From NCBI RefSeq assembly GCF_009914755.1, contig NC_060927.1: a DNA stretch of 64,000 nt; one strand, given 5' to 3'. Of this stretch, positions 10,613-23,830 are shown in pieces. Position 1 is the stretch's first letter; each line of letters begins with the position of its first letter. The translations under genes and the position numbers were made by a program. The notes under the pieces were generated by a model, which worked only from the letters and a program-made list of their open reading frames with translations, was not told the origin of the DNA and did no database searches. This DNA is from the human T2T-CHM13v2.0 reference genome, Homo sapiens.

Positions 10613-13600
10613 TTGATGGGTTATTTGGGTTAGTTCCAAGTCTTTGCTATTGTGAATAGTGCTGCAATAGTCATGTGTGCATGTGCCTTTATAGTAAAAT
10701 AATTTATAATCCTTTGGGTATATGCCCAGTAATGGGATTGCTGTGTCAAATGTTATTTCTGGTTCTAGATCCTTGAGGAGTCGCCACACTGTCTTTCACA
10801 ATGGTTGAACTAATTTACACTCCCACCAACAGTGTAAAAGCTTTCTCGTTTCTCTACACCCTCTCCAGCATCTGTTGTTTCCTGACTTTTAATGATCGCC
10901 ATTCTGACTGGCGTGAGATGGCATCTCATTGTGGTTTTGATTTGCATTTCTCTAATAAACAGTGATGATGAGCTTTTTAAAATACATTTGTGGGCCCCAT
11001 AAATGTCTTCTTTTAAAAAGTGTCTGCTCATTTCCCTTCCCCACATTTTGATGGGCTTTTTTTTTTTCTTGTAAATTTGTTTAAGTTCCCGGTAGATTCT
11101 GGATATTAGCCCTTTGTCAGATGGATAGATTGCAAAATTTTTCTCCCATTCTGTAGGTTGCCTATTCATGCTGATGATACTTTCTTTTGCTGTGCAGAAG
11201 CTCTTTAATATAATTAGATCCAATTTGTCTATTTTGGCTTTTGTTGCCATTGCTTTTGGTGTTTTAGTCGTGAACTCTTTGCCCATACCTATGCCCTGAA
11301 TGGTATTGCTTAGGACTTCTTCTAGGGTTTTTATGGTTTAGGTCTTACATTTTAAGTCTTTAGTCCATCTTGAGTTAATTTTTGTATAAAGTGTAAGGAA
11401 GGGGTCCCCATTCAGTTTTCTGCATATGGTTAGCCAGTTTCCCAACACCATTTATTAGAGAATCCTTTCCCCATTGCTTGTTTTTGTCAGGTTTTTCAAA
11501 GATAAGATCGTTGTAGATGTGTGGCATTATTTCTGAGGTCTTTGTTCTGTTCCATTGGTCTATAATCTGTTTTGGTACCAGTATCGTGCTGTTTTGGTTA
11601 CTATAGCCTTGTAGTGTAGTTTGCAGAGGGGTAGCGTGATGCCGCCAACTTTATTCTTTTTGCTTAGAATTTCCTTGGCCATATGGACTCTTTTTAGGTT
11701 TCATATGAAATTTAAAGTAGTTTTTTCTAATTCTGTGAAGAAAGTCAGTGGTAGCTTTATGGGGATAGCATTGAATCTATAAATTACTTTGGGCAGTATG
11801 GCCATTTTCATGATATTGATTCTGCCTAACCATGAGCATAAAATGTTTTTCCATTTGTTTGTGTCCTCTCTTATTTCTTTGAGCAGTGATTTGTAGTTCT
11901 TCTTGAAGTTCTTCACATCCCTTGTAAGTTGAATTCCCAGATATTTTATTCTCTTTGTAGCAGTGGTGAATGGGAGTTCACTCATGATTTGGCTCTCTGT
12001 CTATTATTGATGTATAGGAATGCTTGTGATTTTTGCACATTGATTTTGTATCCTGAGACTTTGCTGAAGTTGCTTATGAGCTTAAGAAGATTTTGGGCTG
12101 AAATGATGGGGTTGTCTAAATATACAATCATGCCAACTGCAAACAGAGATAATTTGACTTCCTCTCTTCCTAATTGCATACGCTTTATTTCTTTCTCTCG
12201 CCTGATTGCCCTGGCCACAACTTCCAATACTATGTTGAATAGGAATGGTGGGAGAGGGCATCATTGTCTTGTGCTGGTTTTCAAAGGGAATACTTCCAGT
12301 ATTTGCCCATGCAGTATGATATTGGCTGTGGGTTTGTCATAAATAGCTCTTAATATTTTGAGATACGTTCCATCAATACCTAGTTTATTGACAGTTTTTA
12401 GCATGAAAAGCTGTTGAATTTTGTCAAAGGCCTTTTCTGCTTCTTTTGAAATAATCGTGTGGTTTTTGTCATTGGTTCTGTTTATGTGATGGATTATGTA
12501 TATTAATCTGTGTATGTTGAACCAGCCTTGCATCCCAGGGATGAAGATGACTTGATTGTGGTGGATAAGCTTTTTGATGTGCTGCTGGATTCGGTTTGCC
12601 AGTATTTTATTGAGGATTTTCACATCGTTGTTCGTCAGGGATATTGGCTTGAAATTTTCTTTTTTGGTTGTGTCTCTGCCAGGTTTTGGTATGAGGATGG
12701 TGCTGGCCTCATAAAATGAGTTAGGGAGGATTCCCTGATTTTCTATTGTTTGGAATAGTTTCAGAAGGAATAGTACCAGCTCCTCTTTGTACCTTTGGTA
12801 GAATTCGGCTGTGAATCTGGCTGGTGTAGGGCTTTGTTTGTTTGGCAGGCTATTTATTGCTGCCTCCATTTCAGAACTTGTTATTGGTCTATTCAGGGAT
12901 TCAACTTCTTCCTGGTTGAGTCTTGGGAGGGTGTATGTGTCCAGGAATTTATCCATTTCTTCTATATTTTCTAGTTTATTTGCATAGAGGTGTTTATAGT
13001 ATCTGTGGTAGTTTGTATTTCTGTGGGATCAGTGGTGATATCCCCTTTCTCATTTTTTATCGTGTCTATTTGACTCTTCTCTCTTTTCTTCCTTATTAGT
13101 CTTGCTAGTGGTCTATTTTGTTAATCTTTTCAAAAAACCAGCTCCTGTATTCATTGATTTTTTTAACAATTTTCAGGTCTCTTTATCCTTCAGTTCTCCT
13201 CTGATCTTAGTTATTTTTCTTCTGCTATCTTTTGAATTTGTTTGCTCTTGCTTTTCTAGTCCTTTTAATCATGATGTTAGGATGTCAATTTTAGATCTTT
13301 CCCACTTTCTCCTGTGAGCACTTAGTGCTATAAATTTCCCTCTAAACACTGCTTTAGCTGTGTCCCAGAGATTCTGGTATGTTGTGTCTTTGTTCTCATT
13401 GGTTTCAAAGAACATCTTTATTTCTGCCTTAAATTTTGTTATTTACCCAGTAATCATTCAGTTGTTCAGTTTCCACGTAGTTGTGTGGTTTTGAGGGAGT
13501 TTCAAAATTCTGAGTTCTAATTTGGTTCCACTGTGATCGGAGAGACTGATTATTATGATTTCCATTCTTTTACATTTACTGAGGAGTGTTTTACTTCCAA

Positions 13601-16600
13601 TTATTTGGTTGATTTTAGATTAAGTGAGATGTGGTGCTGAGAAGAGTGTATATTCTGTTGATTTGGGGTGGAGAGTTCTGTGGATGTCTATTAGGTCCAC
13701 TTTGTCCAGAGCTGAGTTCATGTCCTAAATATCCTTTTCAATTTTCTGTCTTGTTTATCTGACTAATATTGACAGTGGGGTGCTACAGTCTCTCACTGTT
13801 ATTGCGTGGGAGTCTAAGTCTCTTTGTGGGTCTCTAAGAACTTGCTTTATGAATCTTGGTGCTCCTGTATTGAGTGGATATATACTTAGGCTAGTTAGCT
13901 CTTCCTGTTGCATTGATCATGTTATGCCCATCTTTGTCTTTTTTGATCTTTGTTGGTTTAAGGTCTGTTTTATTAGAGACTAGGATTGCAACCCCTGCTT
14001 TTTTTTTCCTTTCCATTTGCTCTGTAAATATTCCTTCATCCCTTTATTTTGAGCCTGTGTGTGTCTTTGCACGTGAAATAGGTCTCCTGAATACAGCACA
14101 CTGAAGAGTCCTGACTCTTTATCCAATTTTCCAGTGTGTGTCTTTTAACTGGGGAATTTAGTCTGTTTATATTTAAGGTTAATATTGTTATGTTTGAATT
14201 TCATCCTGTCATTATGATGCTAGCTGATTATTTTGCCCATTAGTTGATGCAGTTTCTTCATAGTGTCAATGGCCTTTATAATGTGGTATGATTTTGCAGT
14301 GGCTGGTACCAGTTTTTTCTTTCCATATTTAGTGTTTTTTTCAGGAGCTCTTGTGAGGCAAGCCTGGTGGTGACAAAATCTCTCAGCACTTGCTTGTCTG
14401 TAAAGAATTTTATTTCTCTTTCACTTATGAGGCTTAGTTTGGCTGGATATGAAAGTCCAGGTTGAAAATTCTTTTCTTTAAAAGTGTTGAATATTGGCCC
14501 CCCTACTGTCTTGTGGTTGTAGGGTTTCTGCAGAGAAGTCTGGTGTTAGTCTGATAAGCTTCTTTTTGTGGGTAAACAGAACTTTCTGGCTGTTTTTAAC
14601 ATTTTTCCTTTATTTCAACCTTGGTGAATCTGACGACTGTGTGTCTTGGGGTTGCTCTTCTCGAGAAGTATCTTTGTGGTGTTCTCTGTATTTCCTGAAT
14701 TTGAATGTTGGCCTGCACTTGCTAGGTTGGGGAAGTTCTCTTGGATAATATCCTGAAGTGTGTTTTCCAACTTATTTCCATTCTTCCCATCATTTTCAGG
14801 TATACCAATCAAATGTAGATTTGGTCTTTTCACATAGTCCCATATTTCTTGGAGGGTTTGTTCATTCCTTTCCATTCTTTTTTCTCTAATCTTGTCTTCA
14901 TACTTTATTTCATTGAGTTGATCTTCAGTCTGTGATATCCTTTCTTCCACTTGATCGATTTGGCTATTGATACTTGTGTATGCTTCACGAGGTTCTTGTG
15001 CCGTGTTTTTCTACTCAATCAAGTCTTTTATGTTCTTCTCTAAACTGGTTATTCTAGTTAGCAATTTCTTTACCCTATTTCCAATGTTCTTAGCTTCCTT
15101 GTATTGGGATAGAGCATGCTGTTTTAGCTTGGAGGAGTTAGTTATTACCCACTTTCTGAAGCCTACTTCTCTCAGTTCGTCAAACTCATTCTCCATCCAG
15201 TTTTGTTCCCTTTCTGGCAAGGAGTTATGATCCTTCGGAGGAGAAGAGACCTTCTGGTTTTTGGAGTTTTCAGCCTTTTTGTGCTGGTTTCTCCCCATCT
15301 TTTTGGATTTATCTACCTTCGGTCTTTGATGTTGGTGACCTTCGGATGGGGTCTTTGGGTGGACATGCTATTGCTTTCTGTTTGTTAGTTTTCCTTCTAG
15401 CAGTTAGGCCCCTTTGCTGCAGGTCTGCTGGAGTTTGATAGAGACCCTGTTTGCCTGGTTATCAGCAGCAGTGGCTGCAGAACAGCAAAGATTGATGCCT
15501 GTTGCTTTTTCTGGAAGCTTTGCCCCAGGGGTGCACCCACCAGCTGCCAGCCGGAGCGCTCCTGTATGAGGTGTCTGTTGGTCCCTGCTGGGAGGTGTCT
15601 CCCAATCGGGAGGCACGGGGGTCAGGGGCCCACTTGAGAAGGCAGTCTCTCCCTTAGCAGAGCTCGAGCACTGCACTGGGAGATCTGCTGCTCTCCTCGG
15701 AGCCATCAGGCAGGAATATTTAAGTCTGCTGAAGCTGTGCCCACAGCTGCCCCTTCCTTCAAGTGCTCTCTCCCAGAGATATGGGAGTTTTATCTCTCAG
15801 CCCCTGACTGGAGCTGCTGCCTTTCTTTCAGAGATCCCTTGCCCAGAGAGGAGGAATGTAGACAGGCAGTCTGGCTACAGTGGCTTTGCTGAGCTGCAGT
15901 GGGCTCCACCCACTTTAAACTTCCTGGCTGCTTTGTTTACACTGTGAAGGAAAAACTGCCTACTCAAGCCTCAGTAATGGTGTATGCACCATCCCCGACC
16001 AAGCTCAAGCATCCCAGGTTGACATCAGACAGCTGTGCTGGTGTGAGATTTTCAAGCCCATGGATCTTAGGTAGTTGTCCTCCATGGGGGTGGGATCCAC
16101 TGAGCTAGACCACTTAGCTCCCTGGCTTCAACCTCCTTTCCAGGGGAGTGAACAGTTCTGTTTCTTTGGCATGCCAGATGCCACTGGGATATAAAAACAA
16201 CTCCTGCAGCTAGCTCGGTGTCTGCCCAAATGGCCACTCAGTTTTGTGCTTCAAATCCAGGGCCCTAGTGGTGTAGGCACACGAGGGAATCTCCTGGTCT
16301 GCAGGTTGCAAAAACCATGGGAAAAGCATAGCATCTGGGCTGAAATGCACCATTACTCAGGGCACGGTCTCTCACGGCTTCCCTTGGCTAGGGGAGGGGG
16401 TTCCCTGCCCCCTTGTGCTTCCTGGGTGAAACACCGCCCCACCCTGCTTTGGCTCGCCCACCATGAGCTGCACCCACTGTCTAACCAGTTTCAATTAGAT
16501 GAGCCACGTACCTCAGTTGGAAATGCAGAAATCACCTGCCTTTTGTGTTTATCTTGTTGGAAGCTGCAGATCAGAGCTCTTACTATTTGGCCATCTTTCC

Positions 16601-16604
16601 AGCC
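10611..16604 (-). mobile_element. LINE-1 L1PA7/8-like copy B: near full length, lacking 3'UTR and tail, inserted in THE1D-int; inactive
   Basis: ORF2p fragments (12261-12956, 11982-12227, 11701-11985, 10810-11286) and ORF1p fragments (14615-15298). 5' end TACTATTTGGCCATCTTTCC. RT motif reads FAVG instead of FADD. Confidence 0.97.
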
Positions 16605-18130
16605 ACACAGTCCCCCAAATTCTTAGGTCTCTCAAGCATTAACCAAAAATCCAAGTTCAAAGTCTCGCCTGAGTCAAGGCAAGTCCATTTTGCTTATGAG
16701 TTAGTAAAATCAGAAGCAAGTTAGGTACTTTCTAGATACAATGAGGGTACAGGCATTGGGTTAATACAGCCATTCAAAATGGGAGAAATTTGCCAAAATG
16801 AAGGGACTATAGGCCTCATGCAAGCCCCAAATCCAGCAGTGCAGTAAGATCTTAATGCATCAAAATGATCTCCTTTGACTCCATGTCTCATATTCAGGTC
16901 ACAGTGATGTGAGGAGAGGTTTCCCAAGACCTTGGGCATCTCACCTCTGTGGCTGTGCAAGGTAGAGCTGCCCTCTCAAATGCTTTCATGGACTGGTATT
17001 ATCTGCAGCTTTTCCAGTCACACAGTTCTACCATTCTGGGGTCTGGAAGACTGTGGCCCTTTTCTCACATCTCCAATGGGCAGTGCCCCATTGGGAATCC
17101 TGTTTAGGGGCTTCAACCTCACATTTCCCTTCTGCACTGCCCTAGCAGAGGTTCTCTATGAGGGCTTTGCCTCTGCAGCAAACTTCTGCCTGGGCATCCC
17201 AGCATTTCCATACATACTCTGAAGTCTGGTTGGAGGTTCCCAAACCTCAACTCTTGACTTCTGTGCACCTGCAGACACAACACTATGTATAAGCCACCAA
17301 GGCTTGGGGCTTGTACCCTTCGAAGAAATGGCCTGATCTGTACATTGGTCCCTTTCAGCCATGGCTGGGGTGCAGGGCACCAAATCCCAAGACTGCAGAA
17401 AACAGCAAGCCCTTAGGCCCAGCCCATGAAACCATTTCTCCCTCCTAGGTCTCCAGGGCCTGTGATGGGAGGGCCTGCCATGAAGATCTCTGCCATGTCC
17501 TGGAGACATTTTACCCATTGTCTTGGTCGTTAACATTTGGCTCCTAGTTACTTATGCAAATTTCTGCAGCCAGCTTGAATTTCTTCTCAGAAAATGGGTT
17601 TTTCTTTTCTATCACATAATCAGGCAGCAAATGTTTTAAACTTTTATGCTCTGCTTCCCTTTTAATATAAGTTCCAATTCCAAACCAACTCCTTGTGAAT
17701 GCATAAAACTGAATACCTGTAAGAGCACCGAAGTCACATCTTGAATGCTTTGATGCTTAGAAATTTCTTCCACCAGATATTCTCAATTGTCTCTCTTAAG
17801 TTGAAAGTTCCACAGATCTCTAGGGCAGGGTCAAAATGCTGCCAGTCTCTTTGCTAAAGCATAGCAAGAGTCACCTTTATTCCAGTTCCCAACAAGTTCC
17901 TCATCTCCATCTGAGACTACCTCAGCCTGGATTTCATTGTCCATATCACTATTAGCATTTTGATCATAGCCATTCAACAAATCTCTGGGAAATTTCAAAC
18001 CTTCCCACATCTTCCCCTCTTCTTCTGAGCCCTCCAAACTGTTTCAACTCTGCCTGTTACCCAGTTCTAAAGTCGCTTCCACATTTTCAGGTATCTTTAT
18101 AGCAGTACTCCACTTCTGGTAACAATTTAC
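16605..18130 (-). mobile_element. THE1D internal region (MaLR-int)
   Basis: ACAGTCCCCCAAA..GAGTCAAGGCAAGTCC; ORF 17831-18037 (EGSEEEGKMWE..DSDMDNEIQAEVVSDGDEELVGNWNKG) is the degenerate MaLR-int ORF. Confidence 0.95.
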
Positions 18131-18514
18131 TCTATTAGTCTGTTCTTACATTGCTATGAAGAAATACCCAAGGCTGGGTCACTTATAAAGGAAAGAGGCT
18201 TCATTGACACAGTTCCACCTTGATGGGGATGCCACAGGAAACTTACAATCATGGCAGAAGGCAAAGGAGAAACAGACGCCTTCTTCACAGTGTGCCAGGA
18301 TGGAGTGAGTGCAAACAGGTAAAATGACAGATGCTTATAAAACCATCAGATCTCATGAGACTCATTTACTATCATGAGAACATCATGGGGAAACCACCCC
18401 CATCATCCAATTACCTCTGCCTGGTCCTGCCCTTGATGCATGGGGAGTGTGGTAATTATGGGAATTACAATTCAAGATGAGATTTTGGAATGGGGACACA
18501 GCAAAACCATATCA
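18131..18514 (-). mobile_element. THE1D 5' LTR, complete
   Basis: TCTATTAGTC...GGGGACACAGCAAAACCATATCA; colinear with 10373-10612. Confidence 0.95.
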
Positions 18515-18773
18515 GGGAGGTATAAATAGGTATTGACATACACTTAACCAGGTTTTTAAAAACGGAAATGAAAATGGAAAGGACAGCCTGGAAATATTGC
18601 AAAAGGCAAGGGAGAAAATAAAGAAAAACAGGACAATTGAGTACTGGGTAAATTTATTGGACATTTCGTAGACCAATAAAATGAGCAAAATCTTCTCAAC
18701 CACATGAAAGTGCTTCCTAGTGGTGGGAGAGTCAAGTGAGTGTTATCTTTCTAAACCAAAACAAACAAACAAA

Positions 18774-18775
<2 letters not shown>

Positions 18776-18822
<47 letters not shown>
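18776..18822 (+). repeat. (CA)~23 microsatellite
   Basis: Perfect CA run seen directly. Confidence 0.98.
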
Positions 18823-18823
<1 letters not shown>

Positions 18824-19119
18824 TTAAAGGAGCAAAAAAGGATATATGCTTACCTGAAACTGGCTGATCAGCTGAATACACTGGAAAATTAAAATTTTTA
18901 ATTTTGCTAGTCTAGCAGAACCTGAGAGAGACTGATCCAAGCCCATTTACATCAGGTAAATTGCTAACCAAATGCAAATTACTAATTATCTGATAAAACT
19001 AAGATGTTCTGGTGCCTAGAAAATGTATATTTAATTTTACTAACACTTTAGAATGTAAAAGCCTATAGATATTCCCTGCTTGAACTTCATAGGCCCATAT
19101 CTTTTGTGGATTCATAGGC

Positions 19120-19342
19120 CAAGGGTAGGTAAACTACAGCTTACAAGACATATTTGGCTAGACACTTGTTTTTGTAAATAACATTTCATTGAAATACAAC
19201 AACACCTATTCATTTCCTTATTATCTATGGCTTCTTTTGTGTTACAAAGGCAGAATTGGCTAGTTATGTCAGAGACCCTATGGCCCAACAAGTGTAAAGT
19301 ATTTGCTATTTGGCCCATTACAGGAAATGTTTTCCAACCCTG
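19120..19342 (+). mobile_element. MER58A-like hAT-Charlie DNA transposon
   Basis: AGGGTAGGTAAACTACAGC..TTTTTGTAAATAACATTTCATTGAAATACA..TTTCCAACCCTG. Confidence 0.85.
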
Positions 19343-19349
19343 ATCTAGT

Positions 19350-19500
19350 CTCTTGCTACTCAAAGTGTGGTCTGTGAACCGGAGACCTTGTTGGAAATGC
19401 AATATCTAATGCCCTACCAGAGAGCTACTTCATTAGTACCTTTGTTTTAACAAAATGCACAGGTGATACACATGAAGTATGTGAAGGTGCGATCTAGAAC
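19350..19500. mobile_element. MER5-like hAT-Charlie fragment
   Basis: TGCTACTCAAAGTGTGGTC..TTGTTGGAAATGCA..TTTTAACAAAATGCACAGGTGAT. Confidence 0.7.
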
Positions 19501-22500
19501 ACTGTCTAGATCTTAGTATAATACAGCAAGGATTTGTTCTATGAGTCAATATCTAGATCAATATGCAACTATTGAACTTCATCAATAGATATTTATTTAA
19601 TATGTATCATGCACCTGGATCTTGCATATATCTGGAAAGAAGCCAAAGAAATGGCTCTTGTCCTTGAGGGCTTTAAAATTTACTTGAGGCAAATTAAAAA
19701 TTGCAGGTGTAGAACCATTAAAGAATATCATAATAGAGCACATCGTAATATGCTGATTGTATTTTGCAGATGGTAAGTGATGAAAGAGAAACATGTTGGA
19801 TTCTGAAAGGAATAAGAAAATGCCTCAGATATGAATGGCTTTGGACTGATTAGTGTAGCTTCTCAGATATGGTCCATAAATAAAAAACTGAGGGGTGAAA
19901 TATCCCTTAGTTTATCTAGGGCTTTTTGCATTGCAAAGAAGAAATGGAATATGCTCAGACAAATGGTTCCAAGGCTCTTAGCGAAGCAGATAAATGCATG
20001 AGCACATGTGTTTTTATAGCAAGTAAATTAGGCTGTAAATCACAGAACAAAAGATAGAACTGAATATTCCTGCAGTTAAAATGTAGCAAGAAATACCTGA
20101 ACAACCTCCGATGAGATAATTGATAATGTCATGGTGAATTAAATATCTACAGTAGGGTTAGCTATGATAAACCTCATCTTTTCCCATGTTAAATGCTAAT
20201 TTCCTAAGAATAGGCAATTACAAAGTCGCAACCCTGCTGCCTTTTGTTTTTGTCATTGAGCTGTTTGTAAGCACTTAATTTAGTGGTTTGATGTTTTTTT
20301 TTCTTCTCAGAATAAATAGAATTTCTCAGAAAACTCAGATGCACTTTTAATTCTCTGATGACTCTCTTCTACTCAACACAATTAATAATATTCAAGGAAA
20401 ATGGAACACCCAATCTTTAGAAAAAGAGGCCCCCACCAATCTATTTGTTTTGCATTTGTTTGAGACTAAATTTTTCATTTAGAGTCTCAAAATAAAAGGC
20501 CACTGATCAGTTTGGCCTCTAACTGGCTTTCTGAATTGAGAAAAAAGAAAACCTTTCTTTTATTGCTTTTATAATCATGGTTGCAGAGAAGAGCCATAGG
20601 GCTACAGAAAACAAGGAAGAGTGGGTTCTTTAAGTTCCTCCTACAGAATTGACAGTTTCAATGTGTTTGACTCACAGACTTCCATGTCCTGAAATTTAAC
20701 ACTCCAAGGTTCTCAATGTCACCTGTTCTCTCTATATTCTATAATTTTATCTACTACACTAGGGCTGAGGCCTAAGGGAAAGGGGTACAAGGAAAAGATG
20801 TACATATCAATTCGTAAATAAGAAGTGTGTTTTTATGTTGTATTAAAATTAGAATAGGGACATCGTGACGTCAACAGGTTCCCACTTCAACTATCCCTAA
20901 ACATTGCTCAAAGTGTGTGTTTGTGATGTTGGGTGGTGGAGGATTGAACATTGTGGTATGGGACTCCTACTTCATTTCTGTTTTTGATTCCCCCCACCAC
21001 CACTTTCCATTCAGAGGGGATAGCATCAATTTTACTATTAATATTAGAAATTTAGAATCTTGAATAGGGGAGGAAGTTCAAGAGATCTTGTATCACTCAT
21101 ATTGGTATTTCTTGTCCTCTCTTTTTGAAACCTGGGGAATGAATGGATTGAATGGACTGGAAGAGTTATAGCTCCTTGTGAGGTTCCTATCCCACCAAAA
21201 GCAGGGTTTGAGTGTTTTGGGTGCTGACTTAGAGTTTGATAGCGTAGTGTCATGGGTAGAATACAAGATGACACTGAACCCTTGAGTTCTGATCCTGGTG
21301 ACAGTAAAAGGCCATCCCTTCTTTTACAAGTTGGCTTTGCCTTTGGGTATTGATGTTTTTATTCGTAAGATTAAGAGAGTAGATAAAATTTAAAATTCTC
21401 AAAACTAACTCATGCATCAAAAGATGTATCCTTTTTCCAATAAATCTATTGGACTTTATTTGTGCAAGAAATAAATTTTAGTTTATTAGAATCATTCTAC
21501 ACTTTTGGGTTAGTTTGTAATAACAGTTAACTCATATAATATATTTAGGAATCAGTCTCAGTAGATTGGTTTGGATCACATGCCTTTCTAAAACAATTAA
21601 TTTTAATTGATATTTCTGCTATGTGTGCATATGTTGAGAGTGTTATTATTTTATCAATGGCAAGATTTGGGTCATGTGCTTATCCCTAAAGAAGGTTCAT
21701 TTTTTCTCAAAGCACCTGGATTTAGTGTAACTGAGGAGTGGGGGATGTTTTCAAAAGATCATTAGATTGTGGTAGGAAAAAAACAATTCAGAGCAGGCTG
21801 AATATCAGATGTCCTTCATAAGTTACACATTCTCTAAGTCTACTGAAGTCTAAGCTCCGTTTTGCCCTGCAGTCCTTGGCAGTGCTGGCATTCAATAAAT
21901 TTGTTGAATGCATGAGTGCCTGTATAGAAAGAAATAAGAAAATCAGCTCAAAAAGCTGGCCTTTTCCTCAAGTACAGCATTATTTAACTGAATTTGAATT
22001 TCCTCAACTTTCTCCCTTTGCTCCTGTTCAACCATAACCTAAACTGCACTTTAAACTGAGCATGGATTTAATGAGTTAACACAAGTCCCTTTGCAATTTG
22101 CTTATGCTCTGACTGTGTTTATAATATTCACATTCTCAGGGTTCCTTGAAACTAGGCATGAACACATAAACATGGCAAACAACGATGACAGCAAATTATA
22201 TTTATATTGAGAATATCATAGCATACAGAAATATATATTCTGGCAATTTCTGGTTTCACTTTAGAAATTATTACCATTAACATATTACAAACAATAAAAT
22301 AACAATCATTTATAAACTCTCTACAAGAGGTAAGCAGTGTGAATGTTAGTTCATTTCTTTCTAATCCTTAATTATCTGTTTGTGTGTGTGCATGTGCGTG
22401 TGCATGGCGTTGTTGCTCCCCAACATCTGGGAGTTAATGCGGGCACAGTCTATTACCAACATAATCCTGTTCTCCTTTGGAACTGACAACTATGTTAGAG

Positions 22501-23274
22501 TCCAAAACTGTAGTATAAAAAAATATGTTTTTACTATTCCCTCCTGGAAAGTTTTCAAATGATATTGAATCTCTTTAATTAAACCCTCAAATGTCCTTTT
22601 CCAATTGTTCTTTCTACCTTCTTTCTCCTTCCCCATCTTTCTCCCCTCACTCTAGGTAATATTCAGGGTCCTAGATTGTAATGATCTTGTCTATGTCTCT
22701 TGCGTTCATGTCTAGAACACAAGAAATGTTCCCCCAAACAAGGAGGACATCAGACACCTACAGTTTGTAGCGTGGAGCATCTATAAACAAACCAACTAAA
22801 AACAGAACTTATAGATTTACTGCAATTACATATGAAACATAAGGAATAGTGCCTGATAGATAGTAAGCACTTGTTTATTATTGTCGTGGTTCTTATTGTT
22901 GGTTGTCTTTTATAACAATTTGAATGCATTTTAAAGTATCCCTCCCCAGTTAGATGGACAATGATGAGATAAAGTGGTAAAGGGGATAGAGAATTCCATT
23001 CTGACATGCCTTTATATTTGCACACATTTGAGACCACACTGAATTTAAAAATGTATTTCATGCATTTCACTCAGATTTTTTAAAGAGCATTCTCTCATGT
23101 CATTAAAAATTTCAATGTGAAGTGACAAAATCCAGTAACAGTGATATTGTAGATATTACTCTGAAGTTCTATCAGCTTGAGAGGCAGAGGTTGTTTACTT
23201 CCAGCAGTATGAGAGTATTCATGAATTACTAGTGATCTCAACCTTAGTTAAAAACCCAATGCATTTGCCCAGCT

Positions 23275-23830
23275 AACTTATCCATGTATTCATTTAACTA
23301 ATATGTATTGAACCCTCATTATGTATTGGGCACCATAGTAGATACTAAGGATACCAAAGAGAGAAAACCAAATATGACTTTCATTGCCATGAAGCTTGCA
23401 TTCTGGAGTGAGAATAATTAATCAAATAATTACATTAGTATATTGCTATAGTTTGCAGTGAAGAAAAAGCAGAACAATAAAAGATAATAATTTGGGGACC
23501 TTACTTAGCTGTGGAAGTGGCAAAGAAGGAAACTTCGGGAAAGTGTCTTCAGGAAGAGATATTTGAACTGAGAGTTAAATAGTAGAAATTAACAAGCAAA
23601 GGGAGCAGGAAGAAGGTTTCAAGTTGAGAGAAGAGCATATGCAAGGGTCCTGAGGTAATAAAGAGAAAACCCATTTGAGGAACGGAAAGAAAGTCAGGGT
23701 GAGTAGAATTTAGAGAGCAAGGGCAGGGATGAAAATGGGGAGGAAGATACAGGGGGAAAACCAGGCCTTCGTAGTCCTGTAAGGGATTTTATACTCTATT
23801 TGCAAAGCAATAGAAGTCTTTGAATAGTTG
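23275..23830 (-). mobile_element. L2 LINE 3' fragment
   Basis: ATTCATTTAACTAATATGTATTGAA..GAAGCTTGCATTCTGG..ATTTGAACTGAGA..CATATGCAAGGGTCCTGAGG. Confidence 0.8.

Noticed and set aside
12261-12956. Longest ORF (231 aa), reverse-transcriptase-like, as a possible novel RT system
   Set aside because: It is an ordinary LINE-1 ORF2p fragment bounded by stops and frameshifts, and the downstream catalytic motif is mutated to FAVG.
16721-18037. ORFs resembling hypothetical primate proteins
   Set aside because: They are degenerate THE1-int (MaLR) sequence.
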